From assembly GCA_050250895.1 (NCBI GenBank), contig JBFWNU010000007.1:1-64000 (forward strand): a stretch of DNA of 64,000 nucleotides. Reading direction: 5' to 3'. Positions within the stretch are counted from its first letter, which is position 1. Each line of letters begins with the position of its first letter. The notes under the pieces were generated by a model that saw nothing but the letters and a program-made list of their open reading frames with translations, was not told the origin of the DNA and ran no database searches. Source of the DNA: Vulcanimicrobiota bacterium (GTDB lineage: Bacteria > Vulcanimicrobiota > Xenobia > Xenobiales > JADMJV01). Made by a program: the position numbers and the translations under genes. Shown in pieces: positions 41,501-53,481 of the stretch.

Positions 41501-44500
41501 TCGAGTGGAAGGTGGCCGATCTCAACACCCTGATCAAGAAGGCGGGTGGCGGCCTGGCCCTGAGCAAGCTGTTGCGCGATGGCGTGGCCTGCGAGTTCTA
41601 CGGCGCCCCGGCCGAGTTGCCGTCCAGCGACCGGATCTTCGAATCTTTCCTCGAGGCGCTCCACAGCCGCTTCCCTCAAGATGATCGTTTCGAGGCCGGC
41701 GTTCGCTTCTTGATGTTGCTGGCCGCTTCCCAGCGGCCCCTGTCGGTGCCGATGCTCATCGACTTGCATTGTGATCCGGTGGCCGTCCGCAAGATTACCG
41801 AGCTGTTTCCCAGCGCCTTCGCTTTCTGGGGTGAAGACGAACCGGTGGTGGGGCTAGCCCACGACTGGTTGGCCACTCGTTTGCGCGAAGGTCGTCCCGA
41901 GCAGTTTCGTGAGGCTTGCCTCGAGCTACTGGGCAGGTTCGAATCTGAACCTGACCGCGGCTGGCTTTCGCTGGCTTTCTGGTGGGCCATCGAAGGCGGC
42001 GACCCGAAACGGCTCGAGGCTTTTGCCGAGAACGAACAACTCAAGGAGTTCCGGCAAAAGCGTCTGGCCGAACTCGACAGCAGCCGGCAGTATCATGAGA
42101 AAGTGGTCCTGTTAGACGGCTGGTGCGCCCTGCTGCACAATCTCGTCGATGCCCATCAGGCCGCCCACTGGCGCGAAGAGCTGGGTTGGGCTCACAGCAG
42201 TCGTGGTCTGGCCTACCTTCACCTGGGGCAGTTCCAGCGGTGTTTGCGCGATGTCGAGCGGGCTATCGAGATTTTCACCGGGCTGTTCGAAAAGGAGGGT
42301 CAGGTCGAACTGACCAACGGCCTGGCGGCGGCCTACAATCGCCGCAGCGAGGCGCTACTTTTGCTGGGCCAGACCGGACCCGCCCTCGAGAACGCCGAGA
42401 TGGCCATCAATTACTACAAGGACGCGGTGGTCAGCCTCGAGCGCAACGACCTGATGCGACTCTTGGCGCTGGCCTATCTCAACCGCGGTGAGGTGCGCCG
42501 CGCCCGAGGCGAACTCTCCGAGGCCCGCGACGACATCAGCGAAGCCATCGATATCTACGAGAGTTTGGGAGAATTGGGCGAGCACGACCGCACCGAGCAG
42601 GCCCACGCCTACCGCTCTCGCGGTGTGGTGGGCCTGTCGCTGGGCGAGTATGAGCTGGCCCAGGATGATAGCACCCGGGCCCTCGAGATTCTCACCGGTC
42701 TGGCCGAAGCCCACCATCATCAGGAGTTTCGCAACGAGCTGGCGGCCGCCTACAACAACCGGGCCGCCGCCTTGCATCGCCAGGGCGAGTTTGAACTCGC
42801 CCTGGAAGACTACGATCAGGCCGTGGCTCTGCGCCAACAACTGGTAGACGAGGGTCGCCTCGACCTGCGCACGGATCTGGCCATCACCCACACCAACCGC
42901 GGACTGGTGCGCACCGGCGTGGGCGAGATCGAGCTGGCTCTCGAGGATTACGAGATGGCCATCTCCATCCGCACCCAGCTGGTGAGCGCCGAAGGGCGTC
43001 TCGACCTGCGCGGCCAGCTGGCTTTCACCCGGGTCTGTCGGGGCTCGACCTATCGGGCCCTGGGACAGCGGCAGCAGGCCGTCGACGACTATCGCCGGGC
43101 CACCGAGGAGTACAATCTGGCCGCCGCCGACGAGAGCGTGGGGCCGGATACCTGGGCTGACATGGCTCTGGCTTTCGGTAGCCTGGGAGCACTCTACCTG
43201 GATGTGGGCGAGCCGGAACACTGTCTGGCCTGCTGTGACCGGGCCCTCGAGCTGTACGACCGCATTCCCGAGGTTGAGGCCGATCCCGTCTATCGCTTCG
43301 AGATGGCCGTGGCCCATAACAATCGCGGCGAGGCTTGCAAGGCTCTGGGCGACATCGAGAAGGCCGAGGCCTGTTATCGCGAGGCGACCCGCCGTTACCA
43401 GCTGTTGGTCGAATCCGAGGGCCGCCACGATCTGGCCGGTGAGCTGGCTGGAGCCTATCAAAATCACGCCCAGGCCCTGGTCATGCTGGGTCAGGGAGAG
43501 GCGGCCCTCGAGCGGGTCGAGCATGCCATCAGTCTCTACGAGCAGCAGACTGACTCGGTGCATCGTCTGGCTGCGGCCCTCTTGATTCGGGCCGGTGGAA
43601 GGGGGCAGGCCGGCGACCATCCGGCTGCCTTCGACGACCTGGCCCGAGCGGTAGAGATCTATTCCGAGCTGGTGGTCGGGCAGGGTCGCCTTGATTTTCA
43701 CGACGAGCTGGCTCAAACCTATCAGCAGCGGGCCAGCCTGCATTTCGAACTCGGCGCCATCGACGAGGCTCTGGCCGACATCGAGCGGGCGGTGACCCAT
43801 TTCCAACACGCCTGGGAGTTCACCCGCGACGAGCAGTGGCGCCGCGAACTGGTGCGCGCCCTGTTGCAGCGAGCCAACTACCACCGGGCCAGTGGTGACC
43901 ACGAGAGCGCCGGGTCGGATATCCTGGCGGCCTTCGGTTTCGGTGGTCGCACCACCCTGCCGGCCGATTTCGAACTCGGGCCCATGCTCGGCGCCCTGGC
44001 GGTCGAGGCCGAAAGTCTGGCCAACTCGGGACACCTCGAGCGGTCCAAGCAGAAGTGGGATGCGGTCATCAAGCTCTGTCGGACCCTGGCCGGGCCTCAT
44101 TTGCCAGCGGCCGAGGCCCACCTGGCCGCGGCCCACTTCCGCCGGGGCTGGGTGCTGCACCGTCAGGGCAAAGCCACCACCGCCGACCTCGATCTGGGTC
44201 GGGCGGTCGACACCTACAGCGTGCTGGTATCCCTGGGCGGGCGAAAGGATCTGCTGGGCGATCTGGCCGGCGCCTATCTGGCCCGAGGACGCCATCTGGC
44301 CTCGATGGGTCGGGTCGGCAGAGCTTTGCCCCAATTTGGCTATGCCCTCGAAATCTTCTCGGAGCTTCGCGGCAGCGACCCCCAGTGGGGGAGGGCCCTG
44401 GCTCTGACCTTGCTGGAGCGAGCCGACCTCGAGGTGGCCCGGCGGGATCCAGCCCGGGCGGTGGTCGACCTGACGCGGGCCGGTGAGGTGCTCGACGGGC

Positions 44501-45222
44501 TGACCGATTCCTCTCCCGAATCGCTGGGGCAGGCGCGAGCTCTGTGCCAACTGCAGCTGGCCACCGCCATCGAGGCCCTGGGTCGCGAGCGTGAAGCCTA
44601 TCGAGCTTATCTCAAGGCAGCCTACAAATTCAGTGATCTGATGGGCTCCGAGCCGGGCCCCAACCCCCACCGGGCCGGCTGCGTCGAGGCCATGGGTCGA
44701 GCCGCTCAGCTGGCCCCTCCGGCCGAGGCGGGGCATCACTGGCTCAACGTGCTGGCCCAGGTCACGGCCGGTCTTGCCAATGGGCAAGACCTCACCTCGC
44801 TGGTGGCTCTCGATGGCCTCAACGACTATCTCCAGAAGCTATCCGAGTCGGACCCGCGGGTGGTGGTCAGCATCGTCGACGTGTTGACCCAGTTCCCCAC
44901 CGCCGGTGGGCCGCATCCCGCCTGGAGGCTGTTCGCCCCGACCATCTCCAAAGTGGTGCTCGACCCCAACCATGACGAGACCCTGGTCGAGCGGTTGGTG
45001 GGCTCGGTGGGGCAGGCGGTGGCGGCCCTGCCCAGGGCCAATTCCGAACTCCCCTGGCTCAAGGAGACCCTCGAGCTGCTGGCCCTGCATCCCCATCAGC
45101 CCGGCGAGTCGCTCCGTCTGGCCATTCGCGGCCTGGGCGAGGGCCTGATGGGTCTGCCGGTGGAGGTGCGCGAGCGGTTCGACCTGAGCGAGGACCTGAT
45201 CGATTCTCTGCGGGCTCGGTGA
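38557..45222 (+). CDS. Giant STAND/NACHT-like NTPase with a long TPR array
   Basis: Walker A GGPGFGKT, Walker B LLVLDGLDE, many LAxAYxNR TPR repeats. Confidence 0.85.
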   Translation: MPELGQSVKRFLSEPGLGEEEKARRTVECLKYLRAYFEGLVSGLIGVGLEAFLVDETHREQVHRDIRSVFLDLGGTPRFVTRWLGLVGQRPTTPPPLTALWALGEDTLLEEVVSYNALLQEWLRSARAFEENWAVEPDRVRHRDSSTVYPLDPPLDAEQLGPLHPAVPGSSPDLSQAINQVKTLFEPLTEPYFDLLGIPELSGSTGEFEAKLSRPIAPTELLERPPARTPGRRVPIEPAFPPHLKILACRLSDALERQDPVASANATVEAIDYMVRFFAGVAGGGLAELEGRQERTPVDLEFDECLDLLRNSVQALRVYRGDVIADSILAVFEPGGSQPDHHSWLGLGERSAEEDPAVWRVRADSRIQDEDPGPCAQLLKGILPILSDWLEASKYFFNCWDLYHSLRRDFNLDVRLARGDRAFNAFPLVYPERYGIVLPQPDLNKARENPLWEPRGFGQGTSVANLTTPEPSDADPPHLARLLEEFGRAVRDEEPLPAGNALLGCFDFLLRYYASLATGALRSIAPFPLESVLAESASLLHCSKLLHYSLFALDRFPEHPVSGMVGSVFFQGERPRAFTRWLGFAGSPLSGLENLSGWTHMLRRPDAALRIDEILGQIRVYTQFLGEWVEQSRHVFKALKHHYDVGEGSNTVGVVFECDGSRFRGVPDIYVGEYEFHLSREEVLAWGSAETLPNPMSEQSFEAWEAALNEELPTSVFEDDPELTELVPELADFESGPIVMPSLFPDEPAPPTWGQPEADGFSRYCQALNYSGPESRPKIFSERVAAFVAKRDSGLILVEGGPGFGKTFLSRTLTNPRSSPFDTNFPVIHYSVGRRIEGDYGILIEVLNEHLGQQTELAEAGFSKLDPRVIRDLNVRYPEGQAASRFLAYLSALTIANNHRRFLLVLDGLDEHQAAAEAGLTVLDFLPSRLPEGVFLMLTYRPSFRAKLEQRLETGHEHCLQINLDSEDPTYQGLLYQHMEKIEWKVADLNTLIKKAGGGLALSKLLRDGVACEFYGAPAELPSSDRIFESFLEALHSRFPQDDRFEAGVRFLMLLAASQRPLSVPMLIDLHCDPVAVRKITELFPSAFAFWGEDEPVVGLAHDWLATRLREGRPEQFREACLELLGRFESEPDRGWLSLAFWWAIEGGDPKRLEAFAENEQLKEFRQKRLAELDSSRQYHEKVVLLDGWCALLHNLVDAHQAAHWREELGWAHSSRGLAYLHLGQFQRCLRDVERAIEIFTGLFEKEGQVELTNGLAAAYNRRSEALLLLGQTGPALENAEMAINYYKDAVVSLERNDLMRLLALAYLNRGEVRRARGELSEARDDISEAIDIYESLGELGEHDRTEQAHAYRSRGVVGLSLGEYELAQDDSTRALEILTGLAEAHHHQEFRNELAAAYNNRAAALHRQGEFELALEDYDQAVALRQQLVDEGRLDLRTDLAITHTNRGLVRTGVGEIELALEDYEMAISIRTQLVSAEGRLDLRGQLAFTRVCRGSTYRALGQRQQAVDDYRRATEEYNLAAADESVGPDTWADMALAFGSLGALYLDVGEPEHCLACCDRALELYDRIPEVEADPVYRFEMAVAHNNRGEACKALGDIEKAEACYREATRRYQLLVESEGRHDLAGELAGAYQNHAQALVMLGQGEAALERVEHAISLYEQQTDSVHRLAAALLIRAGGRGQAGDHPAAFDDLARAVEIYSELVVGQGRLDFHDELAQTYQQRASLHFELGAIDEALADIERAVTHFQHAWEFTRDEQWRRELVRALLQRANYHRASGDHESAGSDILAAFGFGGRTTLPADFELGPMLGALAVEAESLANSGHLERSKQKWDAVIKLCRTLAGPHLPAAEAHLAAAHFRRGWVLHRQGKATTADLDLGRAVDTYSVLVSLGGRKDLLGDLAGAYLARGRHLASMGRVGRALPQFGYALEIFSELRGSDPQWGRALALTLLERADLEVARRDPARAVVDLTRAGEVLDGLTDSSPESLGQARALCQLQLATAIEALGREREAYRAYLKAAYKFSDLMGSEPGPNPHRAGCVEAMGRAAQLAPPAEAGHHWLNVLAQVTAGLANGQDLTSLVALDGLNDYLQKLSESDPRVVVSIVDVLTQFPTAGGPHPAWRLFAPTISKVVLDPNHDETLVERLVGSVGQAVAALPRANSELPWLKETLELLALHPHQPGESLRLAIRGLGEGLMGLPVEVRERFDLSEDLIDSLRAR

Positions 45223-45266
45223 GAACCCTCACTGAACGTGGCCCGGCCGAGGGCTAAGCTGGGGGC

Positions 45267-45917
45267 ATGCCCCCAATACCTGAAGTCAACACTCCCTACA
45301 GTCCCCCTCTCAAGCTCAAACCGACCAGACCTACACCGGCTCGGCGCGTGGCTCCGACCGCTCCGGCCGGGCTCACTCCGACCCTGCGCTCGGCCATGGC
45401 CGGCGAGTCGATGCGTCAGACCTGCGAAGGCTTTCTAGGCGCGGCCCGGGTCGGCGGGCCCCAGGCCATCCAGCAAGCGCGAGCCAACTATGTCCATAAG
45501 ATGCTGCACCTGGTCGAGTTCCCCGATGAGACCGAGCACAGAGAGTTTCAAGTGGGTGTGGTCGGCGTCGAGCCGGCCGTCGACGCGTTGGAAGGAAGGC
45601 TGGTTCGGGGCAAGCCCATTCGAGTCCACCACCGTCTCTCGCCCCAGGAGATGGCTCGCATGGATGTTTTGCTGGTGGAGGACCCGGCCCGTCGGGACGA
45701 GGCTCTGGCCGCGGCCGGAAAAGGCGTTCTGACTATCGGCGACGGCCCCGAGTTTGTCGAGAAGGGCGGTTGCGTGGGTCTGGTCAGGCTGAGGAACAGG
45801 GTTCGCTTCCGCTTGGGAATCGATGCCATTCGCCAAGCTGGCCTGAGAATCAGTCCCAAACTCCTCGAGGTGTCTTCGGCCTGTCTGGGCGACGAGCACT
45901 CGGCAGGCACGCGCTAG
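45267..45917 (+). CDS. YfiR/DUF4154-like protein
   Basis: [26 protein letters not shown]. Confidence 0.7.
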   Translation: MPPIPEVNTPYSPPLKLKPTRPTPARRVAPTAPAGLTPTLRSAMAGESMRQTCEGFLGAARVGGPQAIQQARANYVHKMLHLVEFPDETEHREFQVGVVGVEPAVDALEGRLVRGKPIRVHHRLSPQEMARMDVLLVEDPARRDEALAAAGKGVLTIGDGPEFVEKGGCVGLVRLRNRVRFRLGIDAIRQAGLRISPKLLEVSSACLGDEHSAGTR

Positions 45918-45958
45918 CTTTCGTGGAAAGGGTGGCACACCCTAACCGTGGAGGAATG

Positions 45959-48678
<2,720 letters not shown>

Positions 48679-48679
<1 letters not shown>

Positions 48680-50118
48680 TGGGCGTGGTCTTCTTCAATA
48701 CCCTCACCCGCGCTCGCGAAGAGTTCGTGCCCATCCAGGCCGGCAAGGCCACCATCTATACCTGCGGGCCGACGATTCACGACTATGCTCACATCGGCAA
48801 CTTCCGCACCTTCATCTTCTCGGATCTGGTGCGGCGCTATCTGCGCTATCGCGGTTACGAGGTCTTTCACGTTCTCAATTTGACCGACGTCGAAGACAAG
48901 ATCATCCGTCGTTCGCAAGAGGCCGGCTTGTCGCGAGCCGACTATACCCAAAAGTTCGAGCAGGCCTTCTTCGAAGATGTGGACAGCCTGAATATCGAGC
49001 GTTGCGAGGCTCATCCCCGGGCCACCGACCCGGTGGTGGTGGACAAGATGGCCGAGATGATCATCAAGCTGCTCGAAGACGGGGTGGCCTATCGCTCTAA
49101 CGACGGCTCGACCTATTATGACATCAAGAAGTTTCCCGATTACGGCAGGCTGGCCAACATCTGCGTAGCCGACTTGCAGGCCGGGGCCCGGGTCAGCCAG
49201 GACGAGTACGACAAGGAGACGGCCGCCGACTTCGCTCTCTGGAAGGCGTGGGTGCCCGAGGACGGCGATGTCTATTGGGACCAGTACGAAGAGCTGGGCA
49301 AAGGCCGGCCGGGTTGGCACATCGAGTGCTCGGCCATGAGCTTGCTGCACCTGGGAGCCCATTTCGACCTGCACCTGGGCGGGGTGGATCTGATCTTTCC
49401 CCACCACCAGAACGAGATCGCCCAATCAGAAGCCTTCAATCACGAGAAGTTCGTCAACTACTGGCTGCACTGCGAACATCTCCACGTCGAAGGCCAGAAG
49501 ATGAGCAAATCGCTGGGCAACTTCTATACCTTGCGCGACCTGCTCGACCCGGCCAAGAACGCCTCTAAGCGGGCCTGGGACCCGATGGCGATTCGCTTCA
49601 CCCTGCTCAAAGTGCCCTATGGCTCGCGCTTGAACTTCACCTTCAGCGATCTGGCCGCGGCCGAGACCAGCCTCGAGCGGCTCAAAGGCTTCTTGCAGCG
49701 TTGCGGCGAGCAAAAAGGCGAGGGCCCGGTCGAAGCCGAGGTCGAGGCTGCCATCGAGCGCTCCCGCCAGGGCTTCATCGAGGCTATGGACGACAACCTC
49801 AACATCGCTATCGGATTGAGCCACCTATTCGAGCTGCTCACGGCGGTCAACCCGCTGCTCGAGAAGGGCATCAGTAAGGCCGGAGGAGAACAGCTGGCCG
49901 CCTATCTGCTCGAACTCGACACGGTGTTGGGCCTGCGCCTGGGGTCCCGCTTGGCGGAGCCGGGTCTGTCTGCCGAAGAGCAGCAGCTACTGGATGCTCG
50001 GGTGGCCGCCCGGGCGGCCAAGAACTGGGGCGAGAGCGATCGCTTGCGGGACGAGTTGGCCGGGCGCGGCCTCGTGATCGAGGATACTCCCCAGGGGGTC
50101 CGGTGGAAACGTCAATAG
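48679..50118 (+). CDS. cysS: Cysteine--tRNA ligase
   Basis: CGPT, HIGN, GRPGWHIECSAM, KMSKSLGN. Confidence 0.97.
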
Positions 50119-50843
50119 TCTTTGGGCGCAGGCCGGTGCTCGAATACCTGCGTTCGGGCCAGCCGGTCAACCGGCTGTATGTGCTGGCCGGCGCCGAGGG
50201 CATACCGCGCGAACTCTTTCGCATCGCCAAAGAGCGCGAGATCCCGACCGTGCGCTGCGATCGCCAGCGCCTTGATAGTCTGGCCCGCAAAGGTAACCAT
50301 CAGGGGGTGGCCGCCCAGACCGCGTCGCGCGAGTTCGATAGCTGGCAAGAGATTCTCGAATCCACTATCTATAAGGAGGGGCCCCCGTTGATCCTGGCGC
50401 TGGACGGAGTGCAGGATCCGGGCAACTTCGGAGCCTTGCTGCGAACAGCTGAAGGGGCCGGAGTCAACGGAGTGGTGGTGACGGCCCGCGCCTCTTGCGG
50501 CTTGACCCCGGCCGTGACCCGCGCCGCGGCCGGCGCCGACGCCTATATCAAGGTGGCTCGGGTCGACCGGTTGGATCGGGTCCTGAGCGACCTGGTCAAG
50601 GTGGGCTACCAGGTGGTAGCCGCCAACCCCCAGGCCGAACTCGACTACGACCAACTGGACCTGCGCAAGGCCACGGTTTTCGTCCTCGGGGCTGAAGGAG
50701 AAGGGCTTTCCCGACAGGTCGAAGCGGCCTGCACCGTGGGGGTGCGCCTGCCGCTCAGAGGCCAGGTGGATTCGCTAAACGTGTCTGCAACAGGTGCAAT
50801 TCTACTTTACGAGGCTCTGCGCCAGAGGAAAAAAACTGAATAA
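50103..50843 (+). CDS. rlmB: 23S rRNA Gm2251 methyltransferase (SpoU family)
   Basis: NHQGVAA, QDPGNFGALLRTA, GAEGEG, SLNVS. Confidence 0.92.
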   Translation: METSIVFGRRPVLEYLRSGQPVNRLYVLAGAEGIPRELFRIAKEREIPTVRCDRQRLDSLARKGNHQGVAAQTASREFDSWQEILESTIYKEGPPLILALDGVQDPGNFGALLRTAEGAGVNGVVVTARASCGLTPAVTRAAAGADAYIKVARVDRLDRVLSDLVKVGYQVVAANPQAELDYDQLDLRKATVFVLGAEGEGLSRQVEAACTVGVRLPLRGQVDSLNVSATGAILLYEALRQRKKTE

Positions 50844-50923
50844 TTTTCAAGCGACCTGGGGGGCGTAAAGGTCGTAAAAATGGGGCTTTGGGGAAGATTC
50901 ACGGGCTAACTCCAGTCCTGAAG

Positions 50924-50952
50924 TTTACATTACTCAGGACCTATGGTATATT
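50924..50952 (+). promoter_or_regulatory. Distal sigma70 promoter upstream of sigH
   Basis: TTTACA-N17-TATATT with extended TG. Confidence 0.55.
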
Positions 50953-51072
50953 AGCAAAAGATGGCGTGGCTTGGCACAACCAACTCAACAGCGGCCAGAA
51001 ATTTCGAGCACTGGCCGCACTCTACTCGGAAGCCCACTGGATATGAGGTCCGAGCCCGACTGTTTTATTCTC

Positions 51073-51101
51073 TTGACTTGGTCAGATTACCTCTTTATAA
51101 T
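51073..51101 (+). promoter_or_regulatory. Proximal sigma70 promoter of sigH
   Basis: TTGACT-N17-TATAAT. Confidence 0.75.
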
Positions 51102-51148
51102 GTGGGCACTGTTTTTCCGGGTAGTGAAGCCGGACGGAGGGCGATGTC

Positions 51149-51793
51149 TTGTTAAAGCTCCAGCAAAGTTCTTACATGGCGAATCTCCAGAATGAGCCTG
51201 ATGAGGAGATCGTTAAGCTTGCTAAGAACGGAGATGAATTCGCGACGGAGTATCTTATCAGTAAGTATAAGAATTTCGTGCGCGTGAAGGCGAAATCGTA
51301 CTTCCTGGTCGGCGCCGACCGCGAAGACATTATTCAAGAGGGGATGATCGGTCTCTACAAGAGCATCCGCGACTATCGCGCCGATAAGCTCTCGTCGTTC
51401 CGGGCCTTTGCCGAGCTGTGCATCACACGCCAGATCATCACGGCCATCAAAACGGCCACCCGGCAAAAACACATCCCCCTCAACTCCTATATCTCGCTCA
51501 ATAAGCCGATCTACGACGAAGACTCTGACCGCACGATGCTCGACATTCTGTCGGGCACCAAGGTCACCGACCCCGAAGAGGTTTTCATCAGCCACGAGCT
51601 GTCCGACGACCTGCGCGAGAAGATCCAGCAAAACCTCAGCGAACTCGAGTCGCAGGTGTTGCATTCTTATCTCGAGGGCAAGTCTTATCAAGAGATGGCC
51701 AAAGAGCTCAACCGCCACGTCAAGTCGATCGACAACGCTCTGCAGCGCGTGAAACGGAAGATTGAAAAGACGCTCGGGGAGAAACGTCACTAG
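51149..51793 (+). CDS. sigH: RNA polymerase sigma-H factor (Spo0H type)
   Basis: YFLVGADREDIIQEGMIGLYK, TATRQKHIPLNSYISL, KSIDNALQRVKRK; cysS-rlmB-sigH synteny. Confidence 0.95.
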   Translation: MLKLQQSSYMANLQNEPDEEIVKLAKNGDEFATEYLISKYKNFVRVKAKSYFLVGADREDIIQEGMIGLYKSIRDYRADKLSSFRAFAELCITRQIITAIKTATRQKHIPLNSYISLNKPIYDEDSDRTMLDILSGTKVTDPEEVFISHELSDDLREKIQQNLSELESQVLHSYLEGKSYQEMAKELNRHVKSIDNALQRVKRKIEKTLGEKRH

Positions 51794-51800
51794 GCTGCAA

Positions 51801-51876
51801 GCCCTTGTAGCTCAATTGGCAGAGCATCCGCCTTGTAAGCGGAAGGTTGCCGGTTCGAGTCCGGCCCGGGGCTCCA
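51801..51876 (+). tRNA. tRNA-Thr(UGU)
   Basis: Cloverleaf; anticodon arm TCCGC-CTTGTAA-GCGGA; TTCGAGT loop; CCA end. Confidence 0.93.
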
Positions 51877-51899
51877 TTATTCCGCTCGCTCGTCGGGGC

Positions 51900-51928
51900 T
51901 TGACGATCGGTGACGGGCAAGCTATAAT
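51900..51928 (+). promoter_or_regulatory. Sigma70 promoter for tRNA-Gln/Glu
   Basis: TTGACG-N17-TATAAT. Confidence 0.85.
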
Positions 51929-51940
51929 CAACCACGAATT

Positions 51941-52014
51941 TGCCGGGTCGTCTAGTGGTAGGACAGCGGACTCTGGATCCGTATGCGAGGGTTCGAATCC
52001 TTCCCCGGCAGCCA
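51941..52014 (+). tRNA. tRNA-Gln(CUG)
   Basis: Anticodon arm GCGGA-CTCTGGA-TCCGT; U1-A72 first pair; CCA end. Confidence 0.95.
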
Positions 52015-52018
52015 TTAT

Positions 52019-52095
52019 GCCGCGTTGGTCTAGAGGCTTAGGACGCCGCCCTCTCACGGCGGAAATCACGGGTTCGAATCCCGTACGCGGTACCA
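52019..52095 (+). tRNA. tRNA-Glu(CUC)
   Basis: Anticodon arm CCGCC-CTCTCAC-GGCGG; CCA end. Confidence 0.95.
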
Positions 52096-52101
52096 AAGCA
52101 T

Positions 52102-52132
52102 GAAGGTCGTTTCGGCGGCCTTCTTTTATTTT
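52102..52132 (+). terminator. Intrinsic terminator after the tRNAs
   Basis: GAAGGTCGT-TTCG-GCGGCCTTC-TTTTATTTT. Confidence 0.85.
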
Positions 52133-52164
52133 GGCCGGAACCCGCCGGCCAGGTCGAGGTTATA

Positions 52165-53481
52165 TTGAAGAATATGCAACGTCTGGGATGGTTTTGGATT
52201 GTTTTCTTGACGATCAGCGGGGCGGCCGTGGCCAAAGAGCCGGTCCGCGTGGTCTTGCCCAACGGGATGGCGGTCATCGTGCAAGAGACCTACGCCTCGC
52301 CGACCGTGTCTTTGAACGTGTTCGTGCGCGTGGGGAGCCTGCATGAGACGCCCGACACCACCGGGCTTGCTCACTTCTATGAGCACATGTTTTTCCGCGG
52401 AACACCCACTCGCAGCGGGCTGGATTTCAAGAAAGAGATCGAGTCCCTGGGCGGCATCACCAACGCCAGCACCTCCCGCGACATGACTCACTACTACATC
52501 AACATGCCCAGTGCCTACGCCAACGAGGGGCTCCAACTGCTGGCCGACGCGCTGTTGAACGCCGACCTCGAGACGGCCGGCATCGACAAAGAGCGCGAGG
52601 TGGTTTTGGAAGAATACCGGATTGGCGAGAACAATCCGGCCCGCATCGCCAGCGACAAACTCTTCGAGATGGCCTTTCCCAACCATCCCTACGGGCGTTC
52701 GGTGATCGGGGACAAGTCCAACCTCGAGTCGTTCCAGCGCGACAAGTTCGCCTTTTGGAAGTCCACTTACTATGTGCCCTCGCGCACTTGCGTGGTGGTG
52801 GTGGGTGATGTCGAGGCCGAACAGGTCATTGCCGAAGCGCGCCGGCTGTTTGGCAACTTTCGTGGGACGGGCGAGCCCGTCAAAAGCTTTCCTCGTCCGA
52901 TTCCCCCGGCTCAGCCGGTCTATCGCACCGAGACTGCTCCCGTTAACCGAGCCTTCGTGTTGCTGGGCTACCTCGGCCCGTCCGTCCACGACCAGCCCGA
53001 TGTGGTCGAGGTCGATGTCTTGAGCTTTTTGGTGGGTCAGGGCAAAGGCTCGCTACTGGACCAACAGGTCGTGGATGAGGAGAAGGCCTTCTCTTGCGAT
53101 GTCAGCTTTCTGACCCAGGCCGAGCCGGGTCTCATCGTGGTGGCCGCGGTGGCCGATCCCAAGAAGACCGACGAGACGCGTCAAGCCGTGCTCGAAACCA
53201 TCAACAAGGTGCGTCAGGGCGAGTTCACCCAGGCTGATATCGACCGGGCCAAGAACATGTTGATCAACAGCTATCGCTTCGGCAACGAATCCAATTCTGG
53301 CAAAGCCAGCAGTCTCGGATTCTACGAGACCCTCGACAAGGTCGACTTCGCCACCCATTACCTCGCCAATATCCAGAAGGTCGACAAAGCGGCGCTGATC
53401 AAAGCCGCCAACAAATACTTCATCGACAACCATTATGGGCTGACCCTGGCTCCCAAAGGCCGAAAGGACGGACGGTCATGA
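52165..53481 (+). CDS. M16 (pitrilysin-family) zinc peptidase, catalytic subunit
   Basis: Signal peptide, LPNGM, HFYEH inverted zinc motif, NASTSRD. Confidence 0.9.
   Translation: MKNMQRLGWFWIVFLTISGAAVAKEPVRVVLPNGMAVIVQETYASPTVSLNVFVRVGSLHETPDTTGLAHFYEHMFFRGTPTRSGLDFKKEIESLGGITNASTSRDMTHYYINMPSAYANEGLQLLADALLNADLETAGIDKEREVVLEEYRIGENNPARIASDKLFEMAFPNHPYGRSVIGDKSNLESFQRDKFAFWKSTYYVPSRTCVVVVGDVEAEQVIAEARRLFGNFRGTGEPVKSFPRPIPPAQPVYRTETAPVNRAFVLLGYLGPSVHDQPDVVEVDVLSFLVGQGKGSLLDQQVVDEEKAFSCDVSFLTQAEPGLIVVAAVADPKKTDETRQAVLETINKVRQGEFTQADIDRAKNMLINSYRFGNESNSGKASSLGFYETLDKVDFATHYLANIQKVDKAALIKAANKYFIDNHYGLTLAPKGRKDGRS

Noticed and set aside
42355-44787. 810-aa antisense ORF and many similar long shadow ORFs
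   Set aside because: Expected opposite high-GC genes; they overlap well-supported CDSs and carry no motifs
51801-51876. U6-C67 mismatch in the tRNA-Thr acceptor stem as a sign of a pseudo-tRNA or integration scar
   Set aside because: The rest of the cloverleaf and CCA are intact; no duplicated 3' end or integrase nearby
51762-52103. Short ORFs downstream of sigH
   Set aside because: They overlap three tRNA genes
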